64,000 nt of DNA from Carcharhinus amblyrhynchos (lineage: Eukaryota): positions 72,974,001 through 73,038,000 of the forward strand of contig OZ336879.1 of the NCBI GenBank assembly GCA_965287045.1, in the 5' to 3' direction. The position numbers were made by a program, and so were the translations under genes. The notes below the pieces were generated by a model that worked only from the letters and a program-made list of their open reading frames with translations, had not been told where the DNA came from and searched no databases. Of this stretch, positions 24,031-35,879 are shown in pieces (within the stretch, counting starts at the first letter, position 1; every line of letters starts with the position of its first letter).

Positions 24031-24267
24031 GTAAAAAATCTCATGACATCAGATTAAATCCGACAGGTTTATTTGGTAGCAAGTGCCATTAGCTTTCGGA
24101 GCACTGCTCCTTCGTCAGGTGAGTAGGGGTGGGTCCATTCACCTGACAAAGGAGCAGCACTCCAAAGGCTAGTGGCATTTGCTACCAAATAAACCTGTTG
24201 GACTTTAACCTGGAGTTGTGAGATTTCTTACTGTGTTTACCCCAATCCAACACCAGCATCTCCACAT
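24031..24267. mobile_element. Miniature Penelope-like fold-back element with two hammerhead motifs
   Basis: Inverted arms around a ~16-nt spacer; 12-bp TSD GAAGGCAGCTCA (24019-24030 / 24268-24279). Confidence 0.85.
24086..24123 (-). ncRNA. Minimal type I hammerhead ribozyme motif (Penelope-associated)
   Basis: Minus strand CAC-CUGACGA-A-GGAGC(AGU)GCUCC-GAAA-GCUA-AUG: intact core, 5-bp stem II, palindromic stem III, one stem I mismatch. Confidence 0.7.
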
Positions 24268-24674
24268 GAAGGCAGCTCATGCAGTCACTTACTCTCTCAC
24301 TTACATGTGCCAGCAGGAAGAGGGGAAGGCCAGAAGATGAAGTCCTGCCCAGCAGTGCCTCCAGCCCAGAGGATTGAGGACATTGAGGAGGAGGAGGACA
24401 AACATACAGCTGTGGAGCCATCACAGCCATCACCTGCACCCTCCGCCAACCCAGAACCATACACCTCGCTGGCTACAAGTTCAGGCAGAGTTTCACATTC
24501 TGGTAGTCACCGCACAGACACATTTTCACAGCAGAAGGAGGCAGGGTCAACCATGCTCACCTTGGAGGAGTGTGAGGGAAGAGGCATCTACAACGTTGGA
24601 GTCAGACAATAAACCTTTGGGACAGCCTTGCCCAAGATGCTGGAGATGCTGCAAGAGGCAGGGGATCATCAGGC

Positions 24675-24722
24675 ATTCTTATTGTGTTTACCCCAGTCCA
24701 ACGTCGGCATCTCCACATCATG
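24675..24722. mobile_element. Penelope-like terminal fragment
   Basis: TTCTTATTGTGTTTACCCCAGTCCAACGTCGGCATCTCCACATCA matches 24225-24267. Confidence 0.75.
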
Positions 24723-25587
24723 ACTACCATCGACAGAGGGAGCCCCAGAACTGGGCAGCCTTAGTGAGCTGGGGCTTTCCAGTTCTTAGGTCACCATGAG
24801 GATGACAGTTCAAGTCATCAAAAACAATAAAGCAATCTAGTCAGCAGGCTGCTGCCATCCCTGCTGTGGATGTTTAGTGCACTGAGAAGTGGTGGGGAAC
24901 AAAAGTTTAAAAGATTATGATTTCACGTGTGTGCACTATAATTGGTAATGTTCTGACACTTTTGAAAATAGACTATGCTTGCATATTAATGAAGTCTGAT
25001 GTGTTTTAATTGTGATTGATAATCATTAAGCTTATGCGTCCCCCTTCCAACCCCCATCTTCAGGGAGACAGTCCAGCCTGGGTCTATCTCCCTGGATTCA
25101 TGCATTAGGGGGATGCAAGAATCTTTTCCAGGGGCTTATGAACCTTGTATAAGCAGCTTCCCACTCACGCTGGGCATTTGACCTTCACACTCTCATCTGT
25201 TGAAGCGCCCTCGCTTTGTCAGGACCACGTACTGGGGTTCACCTTCAGTCTAGTTGAGCTGACCCACCCACCCCAGCCCGATGCCCCAACTTCCAAGCAA
25301 CATCTGGAGATCCCCAGCTGGAGGGTCCAAATAGTTGCAAGCGGCTATGGTGTGTGCAACTTTTCAGGTTGAGTCTAACACATGTCAACCTCCTTCAATA
25401 ACACATACCCTGCCCTTCCATAACAATTGACCCTCCTGCATTGCAGACAGTCATGGGTTATATGAATATAATAAATACATAAATACATTGTTACTTCATC
25501 TTAAAGTTACAGTGGTTGGTTTACTGGTGCATCTTTTGCCCGAGCGTTGAATTGGCACAGCTCACTCAAAAGTTCTCAGCACAGTTC

Positions 25588-26352
25588 TTAGATAAATGTG
25601 AGGCATTTTGGTAGATCCAACCAGGACAGGACTTATTCAGTTAATGGCAGAGCGTTGAGGAAAGTACAAATTCATAACTCCTTGAAAGTGGAGTCACAGG
25701 TGGACAGGGTGGTGAAGAAGGTATTCGGCACGCTTAGTTTCATTGGTCAGAACTTTGAAAACAGGAGTTGGGACGTCTTGTTGAAGTTGTACAAGACATT
25801 AGTAATTTGGAATACTGTGTATAGTTCTGGTTACCCAATTATAGACAAAATATTATTAAACTAGAAAGAGTGCAGAAAAGGTTTACTAGGATGCTACCAG
25901 GACATGATGGTTTGAGTTATAAGGAGAGGCTGGACGCACTGGGACTTTTTTCCCTAGAGCATAGAAGGCTTAGGGGTGATCTTATAAAGGTCTGTAAAAT
26001 AATGAGAGGTATAGATGAGGTAGACAGTCAATATTTTTCCCCAAATGTAGGGGAGTCCAAAACTGGAGGACATAGGTTTAAGGCGCGAGGGGAGAGATAC
26101 AAAAAGATCCAGAGGGGAAACTTTTTCACACAGGGGATGGTGAGTGTCTGGAACAAAATGCCAGAGATAGTAGTAGAGGTGGTACAATTCTGTACTTTAA
26201 AAAGTATTTAGATGGTTACATGGGTAAGATGGCTACAGAGGGATATGGGCCAAATGTGAGCAATTAGGAATAGCTTAGTGGTAAAATTGAGCGGCATGGA
26301 CAAGTTGGACCGAAGGACCTATTTCCATGCTGTAAACCTCTATGACTCTATG
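25588..26352 (+). mobile_element. Degraded CR1 3' fragment
   Basis: HFGRSNQ...LYKTLV...QKRFTRMLPG...; (CTATGACT)n tail. Confidence 0.9.
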
Positions 26353-27219
26353 ACCTGCCCTGGTCCTATAAGAGGATTTGGTGCAGTTACATAGCCGCAC
26401 CTCTGGCCCAACATCTTGTCATGACACCAAAAAGGAGCTGAGGGCAGCATAATCAGGCATAGATAAGCCATGATCACATTGAATGGCAGGGCACCCTTGA
26501 TGGACCTGCTGCTATTCCTTGTGTTCTTGTCCTCTTGCAGAAGTGTGTACATGAAAATGGAGAGGGTACAAGAGGCAAATCTGTTTAACTGGCTGTCAGT
26601 CTCCAGGCCTGAAGATCTCTGACATGACAATAATATTGGCCTTTGCCCTCTAGGGCATTGTTTGCTGAGAGCCCTGGCCTCCTCAAATCCTCTGTACTAA
26701 AGGAAACCCAGGCACAAGGCTGCACACCAGCTTCTGGAGGTACAGTTGTCCTACCAGTGAACTTGAAGGACATCTCTTCAAGCCTGACTGTGTTGTATGA
26801 TGTTCTGACAGTAAGTGTTCGTGCTCTGTGCTGATGGAGTATGTGCTTCCCCCAATACAAACCTTAGGACAAAGGGATTGCATAGCAATAGGAACACACT
26901 TCTGAGAACAGCACTTCAAAAGAGAACTTTTATTCTGCAAATAAAATTGGTGTTTGCTTTGTATAACATTGCATTATATTCAACTTGTGTAAATGTTATC
27001 TATGGGTCACAGTATAGGGAGGCTGTTGCAGTAAAGATCTGAAACAGACTGCGATGGGTATTTTATGTGTTGACATAGTTTAAGTTAAATTGTAAAGAGA
27101 CCAAACCTCTCTTCAATGTGCTGATTTGGATTTCATTAGAGAGTTTTATTTCCTGTCTGGTAAAAGAGTCTCTGACACATTCATTGTGACTTATGGATGT
27201 CACCTTGCTTTGCTCTCAG

Positions 27220-27343
27220 ACTGGAATCTCCGACACGTTCTCTGAGTATGGACGCACCAAAAGGAGTTCAGATCAAAGCAAGAGCTGGAAACATCGAAGG
27301 CTCTTCTCAGAGGGATATTGTCTTTCATACTAGTGAAGGAATG
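27220..27343 (+). CDS. SGCG: Gamma-sarcoglycan, penultimate coding exon (human exon 7 equivalent, 124 nt)
   Basis: Acceptor TTGCTTTGCTCTCAG, donor GTGAGT; encodes (R)[41 protein letters not shown] versus human [41 protein letters not shown]; joins the next exon in phase 0. Confidence 0.95.
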
Positions 27344-27834
27344 GTGAGTACAGATAACCTCTGCTGCTAATCCAGGTATCCCTGCAAGTGAATGAACTTG
27401 GAAATGTATTCAGGATGTAGAGTACCAGCTCTTGATTGCACAATCAGATTAAGAAATATTTCAGCGGCACCTGGATGTGGATTTTGGTTTTAGATCCGGG
27501 AGGAACTTTCCTTCTCTTTTAACTGATGTGTTTTGTTTCCAGTTATTAAAAACTGTTTCTTACTTGTTTGACCATATTCTATTCCGCTTACTTGGCTGTT
27601 CTGTTAAGGGGAGGTATTTATGGTGCCACCACTCACTCCAGGTAGAATCATAGAATCCCTACAGTGCAGAAGGAGGCCACTCGGCAGTGCTGAATTATCT
27701 CGAATCTTTGTTAAATTTGGCACTATGGCATTGGATTCTAGTGGTCCACAATAGTCCTCAGTATCTCCTTTATTAGTGTGATCCTTGTTCATCATTCTTC
27801 TTCTTAGAGCAGGAGCTCTGAGATCTGAATCTAT

Positions 27835-27897
27835 CTGGGAGCTGGGCCCCCGGGAGCTGAACCCCCAGGAGCTGGGCTGCTGGGAGCTGAGCCCCTG
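27835..27897. repeat. 15-bp tandem repeat (CTGGGAGCTGRGCCC) x4
   Basis: GGAGCTG recurs at 15-bp spacing. Confidence 0.8.
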
Positions 27898-27899
27898 CG

Positions 27900-28480
27900 C
27901 TGATTTTTTGGAGGTCCATTTTCCATTTCCAAATCCCATCTTCATTCTCATTCCCCTACCATTGTGTAGACAGCAGAGTGACAGTGTTAGATGAATGGTC
28001 TTCATTGTAGTACACCCTGATATAGTCCTGAGAAAATGTACCAGTGACATGAGCAAACACTGCACAGGGCAGATTTTACCCCAAAAGTCACTTCCCCATC
28101 TGTGTAAAGAGTGCAGGAACAATAGACATCCTTAACATTATGATATTGTGACAAGTGAATATTTACTGACATGATTCTGTGCTTCTGGGCATACGCAAGC
28201 ACTCTGCCTGAATGGCATGCTTTCTTGTTGATGTGTATTTGGGCATTGATGAGGGAAGCATATGTAGTATATGTGTCACCAATGATTCCTTAGGCCTCGG
28301 GGAATCCTGCCACTCTGTAAAATATCAGCACTCTTATCATTTTGCTTTCCTGAGCTGACAACATTCCTGGCTGCAGAAACCAACACGTTGTTAATTTGCC
28401 GAGTGCATCGGTTCAAGCTGTTTAGTCAATGATACTAATGTCCCTGGTCACAGCCTGAAATGCCTCCACAGCATGGAAGT
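27900..28480 (-). pseudogene. Harbinger (HARBI1-like) transposase relic
   Basis: Minus-strand remnants FYRVAGFP..GII, HRIMSVN and CCLHN occur in the expected order; heavily disrupted. Confidence 0.55.
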
Positions 28481-28759
28481 AAAAGGTGTTTTAACAAGCA
28501 CTGGTATATGGTGGGGATATTACAACTTGGTAAGCAGCTTGTGATATAAGTGAGTGACAGCCTGCTGTGTAAACCACAGCCTGTACAGCCACTGCATCTC
28601 AACCAACTGCAGGTCAAACCACATCAACTTGAGAACTCTGGCATGAGCAGGTATACCCCCCCAACCCCCGCCAACCCCCCTGCATCTCCCCACCAGGCCA
28701 TCAACACTCTGTCCTTTCTACTGCTAAGAATCAAAGGAAATGTGGAATGGTCAGAAGGG

Positions 28760-28900
28760 ACATCTTGACACATACATGAATAGGATGGAAATAGAGGGAT
28801 ATGGTCCTTGGAAGGTAGAGGGTTTAGCTCTATTGCATGACTGGTACAGGCTTGGAGGATCGAAGGGCCTGTTCCTGTGCTGTAATTTTCTTTGTTCTTT
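28760..28900 (+). mobile_element. CR1 3' tail
   Basis: LDTYMNRMEIEGYG followed by CGAAGGGCCTGTTCCTGTGCTG and (TTCTTTG)n. Confidence 0.85.
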
Positions 28901-29267
28901 GAAACCCAAAGGAGCTTATTTGGTAAAGAGCAACTTAATGGTCATCCCTAATTAAATGGTTAAAAAGGTGGATGGTAAAGTAGTTCGCCACGGAACAAGA
29001 GAAAATAACAATCATCAAGCATCAATAGCAAATGAGTAAACTCATTCCCTTCAAACACATGTGTTATTTACATCATGGTGCCCCATAACTCTGGTATAAT
29101 TAGACTGCTGTGACTAAGGCTCAGTGTAAATGAGGCAGGAACAGTGGGGGAGGAGGATGCACTGTCTCATTTCCATGGGCTCACTCAAACCTACTCAACT
29201 GGAGAAAACAGCGTGGCACTGAGTTCAATTATGCTGGTTCCTCACCCAATGGCCTATTTCTTTAATT

Positions 29268-29600
29268 AATTTGTCAGACATGGGTGTCACTGCCTGGCCA
29301 CCATTTATTGCCCAATCTTAGTTGCCTGAAGGCAGTTAAGAGCCAACCACGTTGCTGTGGCTTTGGAGTAACATGTAGACCAGACCAGGACGGGAGTTTT
29401 TCTCCCCTAAAAGACATTAGTGAACCAGATGGGTTTTTCGAACAATCGACAATGGTTTCGTGGTCATCAGTAGATTCTTTTTTTTAACTGAATTCAAATT
29501 CCACCATCTGCCATGGTGGGATTGAATCCGGGTCCCCAGAACATTAGCTGAGTTTCTGGATTAACAGTCTAGCGATAATACCACTAGGCCATCACCTTCC
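29268..29600 (-). mobile_element. tRNA-headed SINE family 2
   Basis: Reverse complement of the 19722-20062 type. Confidence 0.85.
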
Positions 29601-29844
29601 CATATTATCACCAGTGACAGCACAATAAACGGAGGCTTCCCTGTCCAGACTCAGACATGAAGAAGGATGGTCGTCCTTCCAGAAGGGAAGAAAGTCGACA
29701 GTTTTGTTGCATGGCATTATTTTGGAAGAATGAAATACCAAACACTGGCTGAGCCTGGGCATACAGAATCTCAGATGGTGATATCAGTGAACCAGTGCTT
29801 CCTCTATTTGTTACCTTGACAAAGTCAGTAACATAGCTTTATTG

Positions 29845-29935
29845 GAAATGGTGGAAACATTGAGTTGGTCTGGCAGCATCTGTGGAGAACGAAACACAGT
29901 TAACGTTTCAGGCCTGTAACCTTTCACTAGAACAT
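29845..29935 (-). mobile_element. Terminal fragment of another Penelope-like family with decayed hammerhead motif
   Basis: Minus strand GTT-CTAGTGA-AAGGTTACAGGCCT-GAAAC-GTT-AAC, a hammerhead layout with a mutated core. Confidence 0.5.
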
Positions 29936-30251
29936 TTCTTTCAACATTTCCATTCAGATCGAAACCAGAGTAAAGTTATATAATCATGATGTGCATTATT
30001 TTGCGAATATCATCAACTATAATTTGCAGGCTAGGGCAATAGTTTTTGCAGGTCCAGCAGGTAAGGGGGCCCCCACTGTAATGATGGAGGAGCCTCAGCA
30101 ATATTTATTATCTAAAGACACGACATCCTTGCTACCTGTGTGGATGAGGAAAACGTCTGCAGGATGGATCGCTAAACTATCTGCAGGATTGTGGTAGGGA
30201 ATACTAGAGTCAAGGGGACAGATACTGTCCTCTATAGCCACATGATAAGAA

Positions 30252-30516
30252 CATTTTATTAGTGTCACAACTGGGCTTGCGTTAACACCGTAATGAAGTC
30301 ACAAGTCATACTCCGGCACCTGTACGGGTATACTGAAGGAGAATTTAGTATGGCCAACGCACCTAACCAGTACATCATTCAGACTGTGGGAGAAAACCGG
30401 ACAATGCAGAGGAAACCTACACAGACATGGAGAGAATGTACAAACTCCACACAGAGCAGTGACCCAAATCGAGAATCGATCCCAGGGCCCTGGTGCTGCG
30501 AGGCAGCAGTGCTTCC
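30252..30516 (-). mobile_element. HE1-type V-SINE, tail type B
   Basis: TTTATTAGTGTCACAA tail plus V-domain. Confidence 0.85.
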
Positions 30517-30591
30517 AACTGGGACCTCTTAATGTGGTGTTGCCTGCTTGGTACTTGGAGTTAGAACTTCTTTGCACTGCTGGAGAAGAAC

Positions 30592-30887
30592 TTAGAATCA
30601 TGGAACCCTATAGCACAAGAGGAGGCCATTCAGCCCATCAAGCCTGCACCAGGCTCTATCCCTGTAACCCCATTATTTACCCTGTTAATCCCCCTGACAC
30701 GAAGGGGCAATTTAGCATGGCCAATCCACTTAACCCACACATCTTTGGACTGTGGGAGGAACCCGGAGCCCCCAAAGGAAACCCACACAGACACGGGGAG
30801 AATATGCAAACTCCACACAGACAGTGACCCAAACTGGGAATCGAACCCGGGTCCCTGGCTCTGTGAGGCAGCAATGCAAACCATTGC
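30592..30887 (-). mobile_element. HE1-type V-SINE
   Basis: Well-preserved V-domain and B box. Confidence 0.9.
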
Positions 30888-30889
30888 TA

Positions 30890-31845
30890 CCTGTGGACTG
30901 GGGGCAGGACAATCCAGTTGTTGTGGATCGACATCGGAACCAACAACATATGTAGAACTAGGAATGAGGTCTTGCTGAGAGAGTTTGAGGTGTAAAGGTC
31001 AAAATTCAAAAGCAGAACTTCATGAAAAGCAGAACTCTGGATTATTACTTACAAATCGGCATTGGGACACAAACAGATTAGTAGGTTATTTATGTGGCTG
31101 AAAGAGTGGTGTGTGAGAGAGGGATTTCCATTCATGGGACACTGACATCAGTTACTGGGGAAAGAGGATGTTGTTCTGTTGGCACAGTCTCTGCTTAAAC
31201 TGGGCTGGGATCCATATTGTGGAGAAATGAATAACAGAGACAGTGGACAGGGCTTTAAACTAATGAATAATTCAGGAAAGAGTAAATTCTAAAGCAGTAA
31301 GAAAAATGTCAAGGCTGTCAGTTGGAATGGCTGTTTGGGTAAATAAAAGCAGAGTAGGTCTGTAAGGGACAGAGAGAGGAAGATAACAGGATATTAATGA
31401 CAAAGGTTCTATCAGTGAAATATAGAAAATGGTTAACATTAAAGGCACTATATCTGAATGCGTGAAACACTCACATCAAAATAGATAGTTAATAAAATAG
31501 ATGGAAATTAATAGCTTTGATCTAACAGTCATTACAGAAATGTGACCAATGTTGGGAACTATTCCTGGGTGAATGATGTTTAGCAGAGATAAGCAAAATG
31601 GAAAAGGAAAGGAGAGGTAGTCTTTCTCATAAAGAATGAGATAAAGGCAGTAAAAAGGAATGATCTGAGCTTTGTAAAACCAGAATTGGAATCAGTTTGG
31701 GTGGAACTAAGGGGCAAAAACCTTGGTGGGAGCTGTGTCTCGGTTTTCTTATAATAGTTGTAGCGTCAGGCAAAGTTAACTCAGAAAGTGAGAGCACAAG
31801 TAATAAGGCTAGTACAGTGGTCATCGTGGATCTCAATCTTCATAT
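30890..31845 (+). mobile_element. Old CR1 5' part: ORF1 SGNH-esterase remnant and start of ORF2 endonuclease
   Basis: IGTNN-like block, WC-REGF-FMG, then LKALYLNA, ITE and WVELRG remnants. Confidence 0.7.
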
Positions 31846-32030
31846 AGTTCTGGATTTTACACTGTCAATGGGTTTGAAGGCAGAAAATCCATCAGATCCA
31901 TTCACTTCGCCACATAGCGGTATGAGGTTTTACACATAGGAGCAAGGGGTGGGGGGTTGGATTGGCGTGGCATTGGGGAGGCTTATAGGTCCACCTGGAG
32001 CACTGGCCACTGCATCCCAAAGACTTGTAG

Positions 32031-32345
32031 GTAGCACAGTGGCATAGTGGTACAGTGGTTAGCAGTGCTGCCTCATAGGGCTAGGGTCTCAGGTTCAGTT
32101 CCAGCCTTGGGTGACTGTCTGTGTGGAGTTTGCACATTCCCCCCGTGTCTGCGTGGGTTTCCTCCGGGTGCTCTGGTTGCTTCCACAGTCCAAAGATGTG
32201 CAGGTTAAGTGGATTGGCCATGTTATATTGCCCTTTAGTGTCAGAGACATCAGCAGAGTAAATACATGGGGTTATGGAAATAGGGCCTGGGTGGGATTGC
32301 TATCAGTGCAGCGCAAAGGGCCAATGGCCTCCTTCTGCTCTGTGA
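32031..32345 (+). mobile_element. HE1-type V-SINE
   Basis: Head, V-domain and CR1-type tail. Confidence 0.9.
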
Positions 32346-32547
32346 ACCTGGAGGCTAGCTGGAAAATCCCAGTCAACCTCTGTTAACAGGCCTTCCCCCA
32401 CCCCAATCACTCCCTGGTTATTAGTCCAGAGGCAGGATGAGGCCAGGGAACCAGTTCACAAGACGGTGGAAATATTCTTAATGCCCAGGAATGGAATATA
32501 AAAGTAGGGATGCTTTGCTACAGTTGTATAGGGTTTTGGTAAGACCC

Positions 32548-32889
32548 TATAGAATCATAGAGTAGAATCATAGGAGCCCTACAATGCAGAAGGAGGCTAT
32601 TCACCCCACTGAGTCTGCACGAACAACAATCCCACCCAGGCCTTATCCCAATAACCCCACATATTTATCCTAGCTAGTCCCTCTGACACTAATGAACAGT
32701 TTAGCATGGTCAATCCACCTAACCCGCACATCTTTGGACTGTGGGAAGAGACCGGAGCACCTGAAGGAAACCCATGCAAACACGGGGAGAACATGCAAAC
32801 TCCACACAGATAGTGACCCACGCCAGAAATCGGACCCGGGTCCCTGGCTCTGAGGCAGCCCTGCTAACCACTGTGCCACCATGCTGCCC
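32548..32889 (-). mobile_element. HE1-type V-SINE
   Basis: Full-length reverse copy ending GCCACCATGCTGCCC. Confidence 0.9.
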
Positions 32890-32904
32890 ATATAACCCAT
32901 ATCT

Positions 32905-32985
32905 GGATTACTGTGGCCACAGTAAGAAATCTCACAACACAAGGTTAAAATCCAATAGGTTTATTTGGAATCATGAGCTTTTGAC
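32905..32985. mobile_element. Penelope-like terminal fragment
   Basis: CACAGTAAGAAATCTCACAACACAAGGTTAAAATCCAATAGGTTTATTTGG. Confidence 0.75.
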
Positions 32986-33113
32986 AGGAGAATGTGCAAA
33001 TCCCACACAGGCAGTAACCCAAGCAGGGGGTCAAACCCAGTTCCCTGGTGTGTTGTTCTTTGTTCTTTGTTCTTTGTGAGGCAGCAGAGCTAACCACTGT
33101 GCCACCATGCTAC
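32986..33113 (-). mobile_element. Partial V-SINE head with (TTCTTTG)3 insertion
   Basis: GAGGCAGCAGAGCTAACCACTGTGCCACC; interrupted at ~33052-33075. Confidence 0.8.
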
Positions 33114-33687
33114 CCCTCTCCCTAGAATCACCACTATTCCTGCCCCTCAGCCCTCCCGCTCACTGTCTCTTCTGCCCCCGAGACCATCCCACTCACTGCT
33201 TCTCCTTCTCTCCCCACCTTCCCACTTGCTGTATCTCCTGCCCCCACTCATTGCCTCTCCAGCTCTCCAACCCTCCTGGTTGCCACCAGTCATGCTTGCC
33301 AGTCATCCCATATTGTGCTCCCTGACCCTTTCTCTGGCTGACCCTTCCTCTCGCCAACTCTCTCTCTTATCAATCTCCTGGTCGCTGCTGAATGCTTTCA
33401 CCCATCCTCCTGCTCAGCACACATCCTGCTCCTTGACTCACCCTCTCACTAATGACTCTCCCTCTACCAAACTTTTCATTGCCCACCTCTTGCAATGCAG
33501 GCTTCTCTCTGCCAAACCTCACGGTGAGATTGAGTTCAGGAAATGAGCAGCTTCGAATTGCAGGGTTGCAGAGGTACTGACAATTTGAAGGGTGGGGAGC
33601 AGGAAGATGGGCGAGAGGGAAGTTTGGCACAGACACTGGGGGAGCTGGTGAGCAATAAACGTGTCGATCACAGTTATCTGACTCTAC

Positions 33688-33822
33688 GGGCGGGATTTTC
33701 TCGCTGTGCTCACCCCAGGACTGGAAATTCTCGTCCAAGGTCATTGGACCTTTGCATGGTCCGGCCTCCCCCACCCTGCCCACTATGATTCCCCTGGCAG
33801 GCGGGGCAGGAAAATTCCGCCC
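33688..33822. mobile_element. Harbinger-type MITE, 135 bp
   Basis: TIR GGGCGGGATTTTC / GAAAATTCCGCCC, 3-bp TSD TAC. Confidence 0.8.
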
Positions 33823-33871
33823 TACAGCAGGCCTGGTACAAAACAACTTCAAAATGAAAGTCCAGATGTTT

Positions 33872-34370
33872 AGGGGGAGGCAATGGCCTAATGATACTCA
33901 GCTAATGTCCTGGGGACCCAGGTTCGAATCCTGCCACAGCAGACAGTGGAATTTGAATTCAATAAAAAATATCTAGAATAAAGAATCTACTATAATAGAC
34001 CATAAAGCATTTAGATAGTTAAATGGATAAGATGGGTATAGAGGGATATGGGCCAAATGTGGGCAATTGGGAATAGCTTAGGGGTTTAAAAAAAAGGCGG
34101 CGTGAACAAGTTGGGGTGAAGGGCCTGTTTCCATGTTGTAAACCTCTATGACTCTCCTGATAATCATTGTCGATTGTCAGAAAAACCCATGTCCTTTAAC
34201 TAATGTTCTTTAAGGAAGGAAATCTGCTGTCACTACATGGTCTGGCCTACATGTGAGTCCAGAGTTACAGCAAAGTGCTAACTCACAAATGCCCTCCAAG
34301 AGCAACTAGGGATCAGCAATAAATGCTGGCCAGGAAGCAACACCCGTGTCCCTGGAATAAATAAAAATAA
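33872..34370 (+). mobile_element. SINE family 2 with nested CR1 tail (~34005-34155)
   Basis: B box GGTTCGAATCC; body resumes after a CR1 3' end carrying CTATGACT. Confidence 0.8.
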
Positions 34371-34498
34371 ACATTAATGGTGCCATTAATTGCGCAATAT
34401 TAACACAGAACAACATCAAAAGGAACAACTTAACTAAGATTTACTGAAAGTAAGTTCAGCAAAAGTAACGAAATGGATTTTTCTGTCCTCTTTTGCAG

Positions 34499-34672
34499 CT
34501 GATGCTTGACGCTGAGACTGTGAAACTACCCAAGTTGCCTCACGGGGCACAGGGTGGATCAGGAAATCCTCAGGGGCTTTATGAAGTTTGCGTTTGTCCG
34601 GATGGAAAGCTGTACCTGTCCGTTGCAGGAGTGGGATCCACCTGCCAAGAGTACAGTCGAGTGTGCCAGTGA
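34499..34672 (+). CDS. SGCG: Gamma-sarcoglycan, last coding exon
   Basis: Acceptor TTTCTGTCCTCTTTTGCAG; encodes [57 protein letters not shown], the sarcoglycan C-terminal Cys cluster; adjacent to SACS as in human. Confidence 0.95.
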   Translation: MMLDAETVKLPKLPHGAQGGSGNPQGLYEVCVCPDGKLYLSVAGVGSTCQEYSRVCQ

Positions 34673-35451
34673 GCGTCTTGGTGTCCTCTCCGACCTGTGG
34701 AGAACTTGCCATTTTCAGCCAGGCGTTTTTTGAAAACATTTGCATTTTTTTCCAGTAAATGCAGCTGCAAGTATCAGTGCCATAGCATCATAAAGAAAGT
34801 GGTAAAAGATTTCCTTCCACCAGTATATCTTCTAATCTGAGATGTTAAAAGAAAGCCCTATTATTGCCCCAGAGAAAAAACGGAAACTAATCAATGAACA
34901 TATGGATGAAAAGAGCACAATTCAAAACTTTAATTTCAAATAGTGGAAGCAAAAATCTAACTTGGGCTCAGTTGCCATTGATGTATGGACAACATAGATA
35001 AGTATCCCATGTAATGGAGTGCGACGGAATGTACCAGCAACAGTTGCATCAGATGATTCTCCTAAAGTTGAACATTTTTATGGGAAAGATATATGGACTC
35101 TGAATTATAAATCAACATTTTCTATTAGTGCATCCGTCTAACTTCCACATCTTCTAAATCTTACTTAAGCCAACATGTAAGATTTGTTTTTTTTAATGAT
35201 TAAGATACATTGTATTAATTAAATTTTGATACAGTAAGAGTGGAGGCTGGGTTGATTTTGGCCGGTGTCCGCTTGATCTCTATGCAATAACATTTCTTTT
35301 TCCTGCAATAACACTTGAACCACAAGAGCTGTGCTTTTTGTACAAAACTACAATGTGGAATAAAACATCCAAAGCTTTGCCATCTGTATGTAAACCACTA
35401 TTAAAGTTGCGGTACCCTTTCTTAGTCTTTTTATAAAGCTATGTTCAAATG

Positions 35452-35462
35452 AATAAAATAAA
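35452..35462 (+). terminator. Probable SGCG polyadenylation signal
   Basis: Overlapping AATAAAATAAA followed by GT/T-rich TTTGTGTTTGGGTGATTTTTTT, about 780 nt after the stop and just before repeats resume. Confidence 0.6.
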
Positions 35463-35879
35463 AGTACACAATCCCTATTTGTGTTTGGGTGATTTTTTTA
35501 AAATTTTCTATAACTTTGCAACAGGTCATGTTTTAATGCATTAATCTACAGGTGCATTACCTACTATTGAGTGGCAGGGTTGGTGACCAGAGGACACATG
35601 TTAAGTTAAAGTTTATTCATTAGTGTCACAAGTAGGCTTACATTAACACTGCAATGAAGTTAGTTAACTCTTATCTGAAAGCCAACTCCTTTTACTTAAC
35701 TTCAGCTCACAGCCTCAGTTTAAAGTTTATTTATGAAGATTGACTTTTTGAAGGGACTTTGGAAGAAGTGAGTAGGAATAAAAGTTATGCTGGCAGAATA
35801 GAAGGAGCGGAGATAACAGAGGCAGGCAATTTCCTGCACCTTTTCAGTTTGCTGCCTTTCTCGACAGCAAATGCAGCAG

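Larger units (their letters stand above)
23050..24670 (+). pseudogene. Harbinger Myb/SANT (trihelix, NAIF1/MSANTD-like) gene relic with intron
   Basis: APGFSNAFLNVLL...EEVTRMVNAHGLHQRT at ~23125-23305; acceptor TTTTGCACAG followed by ELGHNR...GVQPELRNLTEF at 23757-23900; end coordinate uncertain. Confidence 0.6.

Noticed and set aside
1-27219. Search for upstream SGCG exons (GPEGALFEHSVETP..., PKMVEVQ...)
   Set aside because: No matching frame with splice sites found by eye; probably upstream of the window
33113-33500. Pyrimidine-rich tract with short ORFs
   Set aside because: Low-complexity sequence without periodicity or coding signature
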